A stretch of 64,000 bases of DNA from Acetobacteraceae bacterium (GTDB taxonomy: Bacteria; Pseudomonadota; Alphaproteobacteria; Acetobacterales; Acetobacteraceae), in the NCBI GenBank assembly GCA_035685165.1, contig DASRBI010000011.1:32402-96401 (forward strand), given 5' to 3'. Both the position numbers and the translations under genes were made by a program. Below, piece after piece: positions 46,367 to 57,034 of this stretch. A model generated the notes under the pieces. That model had not been told where the DNA came from. It did not search any database and worked only from the letters and a program-made list of their open reading frames with translations. The stretch's first letter is position 1, and every line of letters begins with the position of its first letter.

Positions 46367-48085
46367 TCAGGCATAGAGCCGCCGCAGCGCGGCGGCGTTC
46401 GCGTGGACCGCCATCGCCCGGCGGATCTTGTGCGAGGCGGTGAGCAGCCCGTTTTCGATCGTGAACGCCGGCACGAGCAAATGCTTGCGAATGCGCTCGT
46501 GCACCGAGAGACGCAGGTTCACGCGCGACAGCGCCACCGCAATCGCCATGTCGTCATAGCCGTCGGCCGGCACGATCAGCGCGGTAAGGCCCGTCCTGCC
46601 GTCTCCGGTCACGACCGCCTGGGCGATTTCCTGCTCGGCCATCAGCATCGCCTCGATCTTAGCGGGCGCGACCTTCTCGCCGCCCGAGAGCACGATGATG
46701 TCTTTCTTGCGGTCGGTAATGGTGAGATAGCCTTGGGCGTCCAGCGTGCCGATGTCCCCGGTGTGCAGCCAGCCGTGCTCGATCGCTTGCGCGGTCGCTT
46801 CGGGCCGATTCCAGTAACCGAGCATGACGAGATCGCCCTTCACCAGGATCTCGCCGTCCTCGGCGATCCGCACCTGAACCCCGCTGAGCGGCTTGCCGAC
46901 CGTCTCCAGGCGGATGCCGAAGGGCGGGTTGACGCTGATCACCGGGCCGGCCTCGGTTTGCCCATAGCCCTGCAAGACACGGAGCCCGAGGGCAAGGAAG
47001 AAGCGGCCGGTCTCGGGTTCGAGCCGCGCGCCGCCCGAGACCACGGCGCGCACGCGGCCGCCGAACCGCGCGCGCACCTTGGCGCGCACCAGAACATCGA
47101 GGAGCGGATCGACCAGTCGCTCCGCGAGGTTCAGGCTTCGTCGGTCGATGCGCTTGCCGCCGAGGTAGAGCGCCTGCGCGAAAAGAAGGCGCCGCCAGCG
47201 AGCCTCGCGTTCGACCTGCGCCATCACGCGCGCCCGGATCACGTCCAGGATGCGCGGGACCACGGTCAGCAGCGTCGGGCGGATCGCCGCCATGTCCGAG
47301 GCGAGGTGCTCCACGCCGCGGGAATAAACCACCTCCACGCCGCAACTCGGGAAGAAGAACAGGCCGACCGTATGTTCGAAACTGTGGGCGGTCGGCAGAT
47401 AGGACAGATAGACGTCGTCGCGGAGGCCGATCTGCTGCAGCACCTCGAACGCGCCGGCGCAGTTCGACAGGATGGCGCGATGCGCCAGCATCGCCCCGCG
47501 CGGTGTACCGCCCGTTCCCGAGGTGTATATGAGGCAGGCCAGGGCATCCGTGGGGATCGCGGCGGCTTCGCGCGCGATGTCGTCGGGCTCGGCCGACGCA
47601 TCCGCCAGGAGTTCGGCGAAGGGCAGCCGGCGCGGCCGGCCGCCAGCCCCTTCCGGCGGTCCGTCGATCACGACGAGCAGGTCGAGTCCGCCCGCCTGCC
47701 GTCCCGCCTCCAACAAACGCCCCGCCAGCAGCGCGCTCGAGACGATGGCCGCGCGCGCGCCGCTGTCGCGCAGGATATGCGCGTGATCGGCGACCGTGTT
47801 GGTGACATAGGCCGGCACCGGCACCGCGCGGATCGCCATCAGCGCCGTTTCCGCGAGCGGGTACTCGGGACGGTTCTCGGAGACGATCACAACGCGGTCG
47901 CCCGCGTTCACGCCCGCCGCCCGCAACCCGCGCGCGACCGAGGCGGCCTGGCGTCCGAACTCGCTCCAGCTCGTCGAGACCCATTGGCCGCCGCGATAGG
48001 CGCGAAGCATCGGCTTCCCGCCCCAGGTTCGCGCAAGCGTCAGCATCATGGCCGGAAGGTTCGGCCAACTAGGGTAGCTCTCCAC
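46367..48085 (-). CDS. long-chain-fatty-acid--CoA ligase (AMP-binding)
   Basis: LIYTSGTGGTPRGAML...GYGQTE...GWLHTGDIG...RKKDIIVLSGGEKV. Confidence 0.85.
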   Translation of the reverse strand: MESYPSWPNLPAMMLTLARTWGGKPMLRAYRGGQWVSTSWSEFGRQAASVARGLRAAGVNAGDRVVIVSENRPEYPLAETALMAIRAVPVPAYVTNTVADHAHILRDSGARAAIVSSALLAGRLLEAGRQAGGLDLLVVIDGPPEGAGGRPRRLPFAELLADASAEPDDIAREAAAIPTDALACLIYTSGTGGTPRGAMLAHRAILSNCAGAFEVLQQIGLRDDVYLSYLPTAHSFEHTVGLFFFPSCGVEVVYSRGVEHLASDMAAIRPTLLTVVPRILDVIRARVMAQVEREARWRRLLFAQALYLGGKRIDRRSLNLAERLVDPLLDVLVRAKVRARFGGRVRAVVSGGARLEPETGRFFLALGLRVLQGYGQTEAGPVISVNPPFGIRLETVGKPLSGVQVRIAEDGEILVKGDLVMLGYWNRPEATAQAIEHGWLHTGDIGTLDAQGYLTITDRKKDIIVLSGGEKVAPAKIEAMLMAEQEIAQAVVTGDGRTGLTALIVPADGYDDMAIAVALSRVNLRLSVHERIRKHLLVPAFTIENGLLTASHKIRRAMAVHANAAALRRLYA

Positions 48086-48140
48086 CTTGCCTCGCAGCCC
48101 CTCGCCCCCTTGCCCTTTGAAGCGGTAGCAGTCGGCTTAC

Positions 48141-49994
48141 ATGACGCGCGCACATAGCAGCGAAGGCACGCATACGCGAATGGCATACCCCGCCAAGACC
48201 GCCGCCGCCCCCGCCGGGCGGCAGGACAGCCACGCCGACCCTCTGCCGCAATGGGATCTGTCCGACCTCTACCCCGCGCCGGACAGCCCGTTGGTCGGCC
48301 AGGACCTCGACGCCGCCGAGGGGGAAGCCAAGGCCTTCGCTGCCAGCTACGCCGGGAAGGTGGCGCAGCTATCGGGCGAGCAGCTTGCGGGGGCGATCGA
48401 TGCCTACCAGCGGATCGAGGAGCGACTGGGGCGGCTGGCCTCCTATGCCCAGCTTCTCTTCGCCGGCGATTCCACCGATTCGGCAATCGGCAGCTTCTAT
48501 CAAACGCTGAACGAGCGGGTCACGACGATCGGCACCCACCTGATCTTCTTCACGCTCGAACTCAACCGGATCGACGAGGCGGCGCTCGAAGCGAAGCTCG
48601 CCGCACCGGCGGCGGCACGTTGGCGGCCGTGGCTGCGCGACTTGCGGGTGTTCCGGCCGCACCAGCTTTCCGACGAGCTGGAACGCCTATTGCACGAGAA
48701 AGAAGTTACCGGCCGCAGCGCCTGGAGCCGGCTGTTCGACGAGACGATCGCCGGGATGCGCGTCGCGGTGGCGGGCGAGGAGCTGACCGTCACTGACGCT
48801 CTCAACCAGCTCTCCGACCGAGATCGCGGTGTGCGCGAGGCCACCGGGCGCGCCATCGGCGAGGCGTTCGGCAAGCACCTGAAGCTGTTCGCGCTGATCA
48901 CCAACACGCTCGCCAAGGACAAGGAGATCATCGACGCGTGGCGGCACTATCCGCGCCCGGGCAGCTACCGCAACCGCGCCAACATGGTCGAGGACGAGGT
49001 GGTCGATGCGCTGGTCGCGGCGGTGACGGAAAGCTATCCGGCGCTTTCGCATCGCTATTACGCCCTGAAGGCGCGCTGGCTTGGCCTGCCCAGGTTGCAG
49101 CACTGGGATCGCAACGCGCCGCTGCCGGAGGACGACGACCGTGAGATCGACTGGGATTCGGCGCGGCGCCGCGTGCTCGATGCCTACGCGGCGTTCAGCC
49201 CCGAAATGGCGGAGATCGGCAGCCGTTTCTTCGAGCGGCCGTGGGTCGATGCCGCGCTCAGGGCGGGCAAGGCGAGCGGCGCCTTCGCGCACCCGACCGT
49301 GCCCTCGGCGCACCCATACATCCTGCTCAATTACCACGGCCGCGCGCGCGACGTGATGACGCTCGCGCACGAGCTCGGTCACGGCGTGCACCAGGTGCTC
49401 GCCGCGGGACAAGGGTATTTGCTATCGGGAACACCGCTCACACTTGCCGAGACGGCGAGCGTTTTCGGCGAGATGCTGACCTTCCGCGCGATGCTGGACG
49501 CGGAAACCGACCCGCGCCGGCGCCGCGTGATGCTGGCCTCCAAGGTCGAGGACATGCTGAACACGGTCGTGCGGCAGATCGCGTTCTACCGCTTCGAGAC
49601 ACTGCTGCACGACGAGCGACGCCGCGGGGAGATCCTTCCCGAACGCATCGGCGCGATCTGGCGCCAGGTGCAAACGGAGAGCCTGGGGCCGGCGTTCGAA
49701 TTCACACCCGAATACGACGTGTTTTGGGCCTACATCCCGCACTTCATCCACTCGCCCTTTTATGTCTATGCGTACGCCTTCGGGGATTGCCTGGTGAACG
49801 CGCTATACGGGGTCTTCCGTTCCGGGCATCCGGGGTTCCAGGCAAAATATCTGGACATGCTCCGTGCCGGCGGCACGAAGCGGCACAAGGAGCTCCTGGC
49901 GCCATTCGGGCTCGATGCATCCGATCCTTCTTTCTGGCGCAAGGGCCTGTCCGTCATCTCCGACTTCATCAACGAGCTGGAAGCCGCCTTCTGA
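48141..49994 (+). CDS. pepF: M3-family oligoendopeptidase F
   Basis: Zinc motif TLAHELGHGVHQ, about 600 aa. An alternative start is MAYPAKT (ATG 48180). Confidence 0.85.
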   Translation: MTRAHSSEGTHTRMAYPAKTAAAPAGRQDSHADPLPQWDLSDLYPAPDSPLVGQDLDAAEGEAKAFAASYAGKVAQLSGEQLAGAIDAYQRIEERLGRLASYAQLLFAGDSTDSAIGSFYQTLNERVTTIGTHLIFFTLELNRIDEAALEAKLAAPAAARWRPWLRDLRVFRPHQLSDELERLLHEKEVTGRSAWSRLFDETIAGMRVAVAGEELTVTDALNQLSDRDRGVREATGRAIGEAFGKHLKLFALITNTLAKDKEIIDAWRHYPRPGSYRNRANMVEDEVVDALVAAVTESYPALSHRYYALKARWLGLPRLQHWDRNAPLPEDDDREIDWDSARRRVLDAYAAFSPEMAEIGSRFFERPWVDAALRAGKASGAFAHPTVPSAHPYILLNYHGRARDVMTLAHELGHGVHQVLAAGQGYLLSGTPLTLAETASVFGEMLTFRAMLDAETDPRRRRVMLASKVEDMLNTVVRQIAFYRFETLLHDERRRGEILPERIGAIWRQVQTESLGPAFEFTPEYDVFWAYIPHFIHSPFYVYAYAFGDCLVNALYGVFRSGHPGFQAKYLDMLRAGGTKRHKELLAPFGLDASDPSFWRKGLSVISDFINELEAAF

Positions 49995-51346
49995 TGGCGC
50001 GCACCGAGCAGCCAAATCTATTTGGCGAACTGCGCCGCATGGCGCGCACCTCGGGTGCGGTCGGCGGCATCGCTGCGCGGGTGGCGAGCGAGCGCGTGTT
50101 CGGAATCAAGACCAACCGCAGTTCGCACGCGGAGGATCTGCGGGCGATCCTGGGCGGGCTGAAGGGGCCGCTGATGAAGGTCGCGCAGTTCCTCTCCACG
50201 GTGCCGGACGCGCTGCCCGCCGAATACGCCGCCGAGCTTGCCCAGTTGCAGGCCAATGCTCCGCCGATGGGGTGGAACTTCGTGCGCCGGCGAATGGCGA
50301 GCGAGCTTGGCCGCGACTGGGAGAGCCGCTTCGCCGCCTTCTCGCGCGAGGCGGCCGCCGCGGCGAGTCTCGGTCAGGTGCACCGCGCCCGCCTGCCCGA
50401 CGGCACCGAGGTTGCCTGCAAGCTGCAATATCCCGACATGGCGAGCACGGTGGAGGCCGATCTGCGCCAGCTACGGGTGGCGATGGCGATCTATCACCGC
50501 ATGGACAGCGCCATACAGAACGACGAAATCTATAAGGAGCTGGCGGAACGCTTGCGCGAGGAGCTCGATTACGAGCGCGAGGCCGCGCAGATGCGGCTTT
50601 ATGGGATCATGCTGGCCGATGAGCCGCGCGTGCATGTGCCGGAGCCGATCGAAGGCTTGTGCACCAAGCGGCTGCTGACGATGACCTGGCTCGATGGCCG
50701 GCCGCTGATGCAGCGCCTCGCGGAGCAGCCGCCGCTCGAGGAGCGCAACCGCATCGCCGAGGCGCTGTTCGCCGCTTGGTATGTGCCGCTCTACCGCTAC
50801 GGCGTGATCCACGGCGATCCGCACCTCGGCAACTACCAAGTGCGGCCGGACGCGAGCGTCAACTTGCTCGATTTCGGCGCCATCCGCGTGTTTCAGCCGC
50901 ATTTCATCCGCGGCGTCATCATGCTCTACGAGGCGGTGCGCGACGGCGACGAGGAAAAGGCGCACCAGGCCTACGAGATGTGGGGATTCAGCGAGCTGAC
51001 GAAGGCGAAGCTGCAAGTCCTGAACATGTGGGCGCGCTTCCTCTACGAGCCGCTCTTGCAGGACCGCGCCCGGCTGATCCAGGAAACCAACGATCCACAA
51101 TATGGGCGCGAGGTCGCCGAGCAGGTCCATGCAGGACTGAAACGAACCGGCGGGGTACGGCCGCCGCGCGAATTCGTGCTGATGGACCGCGCGGCGATCG
51201 GGCTCGGCAGCGTCTTTCTGCGCCTCGGCGCGGAATTGAACTGGTGCCGAATGTTTCATTGTCTAATCGACGATTTTGAGGAGCGGACATTGGCGGCGCG
51301 CCAGGCCGAGGCCCTGGCGCGCGCTGGGGTGCCGCCCGCAAGCTAG
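49994..51346 (+). CDS. ABC1/UbiB (AarF) atypical kinase family protein
   Basis: From MARTEQPNLF...GPLMKVAQFLST...AAASLGQVHRARL...HGDPHLGNY...LLDFG. Its ATG overlaps the pepF TGA (TGATG). Confidence 0.8.
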   Translation: MARTEQPNLFGELRRMARTSGAVGGIAARVASERVFGIKTNRSSHAEDLRAILGGLKGPLMKVAQFLSTVPDALPAEYAAELAQLQANAPPMGWNFVRRRMASELGRDWESRFAAFSREAAAAASLGQVHRARLPDGTEVACKLQYPDMASTVEADLRQLRVAMAIYHRMDSAIQNDEIYKELAERLREELDYEREAAQMRLYGIMLADEPRVHVPEPIEGLCTKRLLTMTWLDGRPLMQRLAEQPPLEERNRIAEALFAAWYVPLYRYGVIHGDPHLGNYQVRPDASVNLLDFGAIRVFQPHFIRGVIMLYEAVRDGDEEKAHQAYEMWGFSELTKAKLQVLNMWARFLYEPLLQDRARLIQETNDPQYGREVAEQVHAGLKRTGGVRPPREFVLMDRAAIGLGSVFLRLGAELNWCRMFHCLIDDFEERTLAARQAEALARAGVPPAS

Positions 51347-51519
51347 GAACAGGATCCTGATCCGACCGGCTCGCATGGCGGCTCCATTCACGTTTCCTCT
51401 CGACACGAGCGGCGGTTGAGCCTCAGACTGGGTTTACCTTTCGCTTACCAATCTGCGGTTGAACTCCCCGCTGTACCGGCCGGCTCGGCAAGAGCCAGGT
51501 CGGAGCAAGGGCAAGAGCG

Positions 51520-53883
51520 ATGACGGGGCAGGTCTCTTCCGGCGCCGCGGCTTCCGCGCCTGGGCTGGAACTACTGCTGACGGCGGATGCCAGGATTACC
51601 GGCGTCAGCGGCTCGCTGGCCGAGGCGGCTCCCGGGGTCCTGCTGGCGGCCGGGGACGTACTGACCGCGCATCTGCATCCCGACGATGGCGGCGAGCTTC
51701 TCTCGGCGCTCACGCGCGTGGCCCAGGGGGCGGCGCCTGCCGCCGAGACCCTGGTGCGGCTGCGGAACGGGCAAAATTGCTGGCCCGTGCTCGCCACCCT
51801 TCAGCGGGCAGAAGAGGGGGCAATCGCGGCTTCGATGGTTGCGATCCGGGAGGAACGGCCGGCCCCGGAACAACTGAGCGAAATCATCAGCAAGTGCCTG
51901 AGCGCGGTCCTGGTGCACCGTGACGGTAGAGTGCTGTTCGCCAATCAGGCCTATGCCGCGCTGCACGGCTACGCCTCCGTGGCCGAGACGATCGCGCGCC
52001 ACCAGGTCGGAGCGAGTATCCACCCGGCTGATCGCGAGATGGTCGCCCGGCGAATGGCGGCGCGCCTGCGCGGGGAGAACCCGCAATCGCAGTATGAATT
52101 CCGCCTGCTGGGACCGGATCGCGACGTGATCTGGGTGGAATGTCTCGCCTGCCGCATCGACTGGTCGGACGGGCCGGCGCTGCTTGCCATCTACCACGAT
52201 GCGACAGCCCGCAAACGCGCCGAGAACGCGCTGCGCCGCTCCGAACGGCTGTTCAGCACCGTGTTCGCCAACAGTCCCGATGCCATGCTGCTCAGCACGC
52301 TCGACAGCGGGCGCGTGCTCGATACCAACGACGCGTATCTGAGGATGCGCGGGCTCAGACGCAGTCAGCTCATCGGGCGCACGGGACTGGAGCTCGGGCT
52401 TTGGTCCAGCGCGCGGGAGCGGCAGGAAACCGTCAATCGGCTGCGGCTGGCGGGGAAGCTCGTCGATGAACCGCTGCAGTTGAACTCGCCGACCGGGCAG
52501 ACCCTCGAGCTGCTGGCGTCGGCGGAAGTGCTTCACCTCGAAGACGAAGAGCTGATCCTGTATCGCTTCGTGGATGTGACCGAGCGCAACCGGGCCGCGC
52601 CGCGCATCCGGCACATGGCGCATCACGATCCGCTCACCGGCATCGCCAACCGGATCCTGTTCCAGGCCGAGCTTGAGAAGGCACTCGCCGCATCGCGCGG
52701 ATTCGCCCTGCTCTCGATCGACCTCGACCGCTTCAAGGAGGTCAACGAGAGCTTCGGCCACCAGGTGGGCGACAAGGTGCTGCAACAGGTCGCCGGCCGG
52801 CTCGGCGCCTTGGTGCGCGACCGCGACACGCTCGCGCGCCTGGGCGGCGATGAATTCGCGATCATCCAGCGCGCGCCCCGCCAGCCTCAAGCGGCCCACC
52901 GGCTTGCCGATGCAGCGAGCAAACGGCTGAGCGAGCCCTTCGATGTCGACGGGCGCTCGATCCTGATCGGTGCCAGCATCGGCCTCGCCATCGCACCGCG
53001 CGACGGCAAACTCGCCTCGAAGCTCCTGCAATCGGCCGATCTCGCGCTTTTCCGGGGGAAAAGGCTCGCACGGGGCGGCGTTCTGGAGTTCCGCCCCGAG
53101 ATCGCCCAAGAGGAGGAGGCCCGCACGCGACTTGAGCACGAGCTGCGCCGGGCCGTCTCGGTCGGGGAGTTCGAGCTGCACTACCAGCCGGTCGTGGCGC
53201 TGCGGACCCGGCAGCCGGCTGGCTGCGAGGCGCTGCTGCGCTGGAACCATCCGGGGCGGGGACTGGTCAGGCCGGACGAGTTCATCCGGCTCGCGGAGGA
53301 GAGCGGCCTCATCCTGCCGCTCGGGCGGTGGGTGCTGGAGCGGGCGTGCCGGGACGCCTCACTGTGGCCGGAGGGCTGCAAGGTCGCCGTCAACGTCTCC
53401 CCGGCCCAGCTCCGCCGCAGCGGCTTGATCGCGGATGTCGCCCATGCCCTCGAGCGGTCGGGACTGGATCCCGGGCGGCTTGAGCTGGAGGTGACGGAGT
53501 CGGTGGTACTGCAAGACACGCAAGACGCGCTCGCGATCCTTCGGCAATTGAAGAAGATGGGGGTCTCCCTGGCGCTGGACGATTTCGGCACCGGCTATTC
53601 GTCCATGTCGGCGCTCGTCCGTTTCCCGTTCGACCGGGTGAAGATCGACCGCTCCTTTGTCGCCGGGCTCGGGGTTCGGAGCGACTGCACGGCGGTGGTT
53701 CGCGCCGTCACCGGGCTCTGCGCCTCGCTTGGGCTTGCCGTCACCGCCGAGGGGGTGGAGACCGAGGAGCAGGCGAGCCTTCTCCTCGACGAGGGCCTGA
53801 CCGAAGCGCAGGGCTATCTCTTCAGCCCCGCCCGTCCCGCGGAAGAAATTCGCGGGTTGCTGGCCGCCGCCGCCCGGCCCTGA
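51520..53883 (+). CDS. PAS-PAS-GGDEF-EAL cyclic-di-GMP signalling protein
   Basis: Two PAS/PAC blocks. HHDPLTGIANR...RLGGDEFAI (GGDEF). YQPVV...CEALLRW...DDFGTGYSS (EAL). Confidence 0.9.
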   Translation: MTGQVSSGAAASAPGLELLLTADARITGVSGSLAEAAPGVLLAAGDVLTAHLHPDDGGELLSALTRVAQGAAPAAETLVRLRNGQNCWPVLATLQRAEEGAIAASMVAIREERPAPEQLSEIISKCLSAVLVHRDGRVLFANQAYAALHGYASVAETIARHQVGASIHPADREMVARRMAARLRGENPQSQYEFRLLGPDRDVIWVECLACRIDWSDGPALLAIYHDATARKRAENALRRSERLFSTVFANSPDAMLLSTLDSGRVLDTNDAYLRMRGLRRSQLIGRTGLELGLWSSARERQETVNRLRLAGKLVDEPLQLNSPTGQTLELLASAEVLHLEDEELILYRFVDVTERNRAAPRIRHMAHHDPLTGIANRILFQAELEKALAASRGFALLSIDLDRFKEVNESFGHQVGDKVLQQVAGRLGALVRDRDTLARLGGDEFAIIQRAPRQPQAAHRLADAASKRLSEPFDVDGRSILIGASIGLAIAPRDGKLASKLLQSADLALFRGKRLARGGVLEFRPEIAQEEEARTRLEHELRRAVSVGEFELHYQPVVALRTRQPAGCEALLRWNHPGRGLVRPDEFIRLAEESGLILPLGRWVLERACRDASLWPEGCKVAVNVSPAQLRRSGLIADVAHALERSGLDPGRLELEVTESVVLQDTQDALAILRQLKKMGVSLALDDFGTGYSSMSALVRFPFDRVKIDRSFVAGLGVRSDCTAVVRAVTGLCASLGLAVTAEGVETEEQASLLLDEGLTEAQGYLFSPARPAEEIRGLLAAAARP

Positions 53884-53979
53884 GCCGCGCCGGCCCTTGC
53901 GCGGCCGGGCGAGAGGCCCGATTTAGCGGCAGCGGGGACCGTTGCCGTCCTCCTCTCCCTCCTTGTTAGGCGGACGCCC

Positions 53980-54546
53980 ATGTTTATTGAGACCGAAGGC
54001 ACACCCAATCCCGCGACCCTGAAGTTCCTGCCGGGACGCTGGGTCATGCAATCCGGCAGCGCCGACTTCGCCTCACCGGAGAGCGCCGAGCGCAGCCCGC
54101 TCGCCACCGCCCTGTTCGCCCTGCCGGGCGTGGCGCGGGTTTTCCTCGGCTCCGACTTCATCAGCGTCACCAAGACCGAGGAACTCGGCTGGCAGCAGCT
54201 CAAGCCGCAAGTGCTGGCGGCGATCATGGATCATTTCGTCGCTGGGCGCCCCGTGCTCGACAACGCCGATGCCGCGGAGGACGACCTGATCGAGGAGGTT
54301 CGGCCCGAGGACGAGGAGATCGTGGCGCAGATCCGGGAGCTGCTCGATACCAGGGTGCGTCCGGCGGTGGCTGGTGACGGCGGCGACATCGTGTTCCGCG
54401 GCTACCGGGACGGCATCGTGCGGCTGCACATGCAGGGATCGTGCTCGGGCTGTCCCTCGTCCACCGCCACGCTGAAGCACGGGATTGAGAATATGCTGCG
54501 CCATTACGTGCCGGAGGTGGTCGCCGTGGAACAGGTCGAAGTTTGA
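53980..54546 (+). CDS. Nfu/NifU-type Fe-S cluster scaffold/carrier protein
   Basis: [19 protein letters not shown] (Nfu_N) ...[14 protein letters not shown]...[18 protein letters not shown] (NifU C-terminal CxxC). Confidence 0.85.
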   Translation: MFIETEGTPNPATLKFLPGRWVMQSGSADFASPESAERSPLATALFALPGVARVFLGSDFISVTKTEELGWQQLKPQVLAAIMDHFVAGRPVLDNADAAEDDLIEEVRPEDEEIVAQIRELLDTRVRPAVAGDGGDIVFRGYRDGIVRLHMQGSCSGCPSSTATLKHGIENMLRHYVPEVVAVEQVEV

Positions 54547-55130
54547 TGCTCGATGAAACTGCCCTATCGCGTCTGTTCCGCGAAGCCCGCACACACAACG
54601 CTTGGCGGGATGAGCCGATCTCCGACGAAACGCTTCACGAGCTTTACGCGCTGCTGAGCATGGGGCCGACATCGGCGAACTCCTCGCCGGCGCGGTTCCT
54701 GTTCCTTCGCACGGAGGCGGCGAAGCAACGGCTGGCCCCGGCGCTGTCCTCGGGGAATCTTGAGAAGACGATGAAGGCGCCGGTGGTGGCAATCGTCGCC
54801 TACGATCCGCGCTTCTATGAGAAGCTGCCGCGGCTTTTTCCGCACAATCCCGACGCCGTCGGCTGGTTCACGAGCAACGAGGCGCTTGCCGCAACGACGG
54901 CGTTTCGCAACGGCACGCTGCAAGGCGCGTACCTGATCATCGCGGCCCGTGCACTCGGGCTCGATTGTGGACCGATGTCGGGGTTCGACAACGACATGGT
55001 CGATGAGATTTTCCTGTCCGGCTACGGCTGGCGGTCGAATTTCCTCTGCAATCTCGGTCATGGCGATCCCGTCGGGCTCTATCCCCGTTCGCCGCGTCTT
55101 GCCTTCGATGAGGCGTGCGTCCTCCTCTGA
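54546..55130 (+). CDS. nitroreductase family protein, malonic semialdehyde reductase RutE-like
   Basis: [11 protein letters not shown]...[14 protein letters not shown]...GPMSGFD. ATG 54546 overlaps the upstream TGA. Confidence 0.75.
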   Translation: MLDETALSRLFREARTHNAWRDEPISDETLHELYALLSMGPTSANSSPARFLFLRTEAAKQRLAPALSSGNLEKTMKAPVVAIVAYDPRFYEKLPRLFPHNPDAVGWFTSNEALAATTAFRNGTLQGAYLIIAARALGLDCGPMSGFDNDMVDEIFLSGYGWRSNFLCNLGHGDPVGLYPRSPRLAFDEACVLL

Positions 55131-55779
55131 GCGCCTCGCGACGGTTCTGACCCTCGATGCCGCGCTCGGCCGCGTGTCGGCCGGCGTGGTGGTGCGGGGT
55201 GCGGTCATCACCGAGCTCGCGGAGCCGGCCGCGCACGGGCAGCCGGCGCGGCTCGCGGCGATGGTCCGCGAGCTCCTGGCCGGCGGCGCCTGGAGCGGCG
55301 CGGAGCGCATCATCGCGGTCACGCTCGGGCCGGGCAGCTTCACCGGGATCCGCGCTGCGCTCGCGCTCGCGCACGGAGTGGCGCTTGCCGGGGCGGCGGA
55401 GATCGTGGGCGTCAGCGTCGGAGACGCTTTGCGTGCCGGCCGCGCCGAGACGGCGCTCGTCGCCGTCGATTCGCGGCGCGGGCATGTTCATCTCGACATC
55501 GGCGGGGAGATCAAGGCGATCCGTGATGACGCTCTGCCCGGTCTGACCGGGCCGGTCGAGGTCGTCGGCGATGCGGCCGAAAGGGTAGCGACAGCCTGGC
55601 GCGCCCGCGGCATCGCGGTCCGGGCGGTCGAGGCCGTCCCCGAGCCGCTCGGGATCGCGATCGCGGCGGAGGCGCAGCGCAGCGGCGCCCTGCCGCGGCG
55701 GCCTTTGGTGCCGATTTACGTCGACCCGCCGGCGGTCCGGCTGTCGCTGCGCCGACCGCGCCCTTCGCCCACTGCCTGA
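55108..55779 (+). CDS. tsaB: tRNA t6A37 biosynthesis protein TsaB
   Basis: [16 protein letters not shown]...[25 protein letters not shown]. The start is uncertain; ATG 55108 gives a 23-nt overlap with the preceding gene. Confidence 0.75.
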   Translation: MRRASSSERLATVLTLDAALGRVSAGVVVRGAVITELAEPAAHGQPARLAAMVRELLAGGAWSGAERIIAVTLGPGSFTGIRAALALAHGVALAGAAEIVGVSVGDALRAGRAETALVAVDSRRGHVHLDIGGEIKAIRDDALPGLTGPVEVVGDAAERVATAWRARGIAVRAVEAVPEPLGIAIAAEAQRSGALPRRPLVPIYVDPPAVRLSLRRPRPSPTA

Positions 55780-56234
55780 TGGCGGAACTTCGCGCGGCCG
55801 GGACGGGCCATTCGGCGCTGCTCGCCGCCATCCACAAGCAGGCTTTCCCGGCCGACCCATGGAGCGGCGATGCCTTTCGCAGCCTGCTCGCCCTGCCCGG
55901 CCTGTTTTGTTTTCTCGCCGACTCCGACGGACTGGTCGCCGGCCGCGTAGCGGCCGATGAGAGCGAGATCCTGACCCTGGCCGTGGTCCCCGAGGTGCGG
56001 CGGCGGGGTGTCGGCCGGGCCTTGCTGGAACGGGCGATGGCGCACGCACGCCAGCTCGGCGCGCACCGGATGCTGCTCGAGGTCGCGGTCGGCAACCAGG
56101 CGGCGCTGGCGCTCTATGCCAATCAGCGATTCCGAATCGTCGGACGACGCAACGCCTATTATCCGAACGGCGAGGCGGCGCTGATCCTCGAAGCCACGCT
56201 CAGCGGGCCGGCTTGCGGAGCGCCAGGCGCGTGA
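55779..56234 (+). CDS. rimI: ribosomal-protein-alanine N-acetyltransferase
   Basis: GNAT core ILTLAVVPEVRRRGVGRALL...LEVAVGNQAALALYANQRF. TGATG junction with tsaB. Confidence 0.8.
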   Translation: MAELRAAGTGHSALLAAIHKQAFPADPWSGDAFRSLLALPGLFCFLADSDGLVAGRVAADESEILTLAVVPEVRRRGVGRALLERAMAHARQLGAHRMLLEVAVGNQAALALYANQRFRIVGRRNAYYPNGEAALILEATLSGPACGAPGA

Positions 56235-56448
56235 TGCCGTCGCTGCCCTGGGTCTGGCTGAGCACCTCGTAACCCTGCTCCACCGCGTTGCGGGGCACGT
56301 TGCGGACGGGTTCAGCCCCTTTCAGGAGCACGAGCAAGGTCTGGCCTGGCTCCAGCCCGTCGAGCGCCAGCCGGGTCCGGACGAACGTCATTGGACAAAC
56401 CTCGCCGGTAATGTCCAGGACTCTCTCAGTTCGAAGTGTTTCGGTCAT
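56200..56448 (-). CDS. TusA/SirA-like sulfurtransferase family protein
   Basis: 82 aa. LDITGEVCPMTFVRTRLAL (CPxP active-site motif). Confidence 0.75.
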   Translation of the reverse strand: MTETLRTERVLDITGEVCPMTFVRTRLALDGLEPGQTLLVLLKGAEPVRNVPRNAVEQGYEVLSQTQGSDGITRLALRKPAR

Positions 56449-56540
56449 CTTATTTGCGTTCTACTTGGCCCTGGAGAGAACAGTTGCATGGAACCACCGC
56501 GTTCGACTAAAGTCCGCCATACGTTCCGGGAAGTCTTGTT

Positions 56541-56954
56541 ATGGGCGATTCGCCCGCCGATATGGGTGTGCTGGGGCTAACGGCGCAAATCGTGTCGGCG
56601 CATGTATCGAACAACCCCGTCCCGTCGGAGGCCCTTCCCGCGCTGATCCAGGAGGTGTATCGCACGTTGGCCGGGGTCGGGCGGGCAGCAGTCGAGCCGG
56701 ATCGTCCGCAGCCGGCAGTGCCGGTTCGCAAATCGGTGTTTCCGGACCACATCATCTGCCTGGAAGACGGCAAGAAGCTCAAGATGCTGAGGCGGCATCT
56801 GAAGACCGCCTACAACATGACACCTGAGCAATACAGGGAGAGATGGGGGTTGCCGGCGGACTACCCGATGGTCGCGCCGAACTATGCGAAGCACCGCTCG
56901 TCGCTCGCCAAGCGGATCGGGCTCGGCACCAAGCCGCGAGGCCGTCGTAAGTAG
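56541..56954 (+). CDS. mucR: MucR/Ros family zinc-finger transcriptional regulator
   Basis: LTAQIVSAHVSNN...IICLEDGKKLKMLRRHLKTAYNMTPEQYRERWGLPADYPMVAPNY. Confidence 0.9.
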   Translation: MGDSPADMGVLGLTAQIVSAHVSNNPVPSEALPALIQEVYRTLAGVGRAAVEPDRPQPAVPVRKSVFPDHIICLEDGKKLKMLRRHLKTAYNMTPEQYRERWGLPADYPMVAPNYAKHRSSLAKRIGLGTKPRGRRK

Positions 56955-57034
56955 TGCCGGCCGGCCTTGCCTGAGGGCGACCACCGGTTGGACATCGCCG
57001 CCGCTGATCGGCTAGGTGCCTGAGAAGGGGTAGG

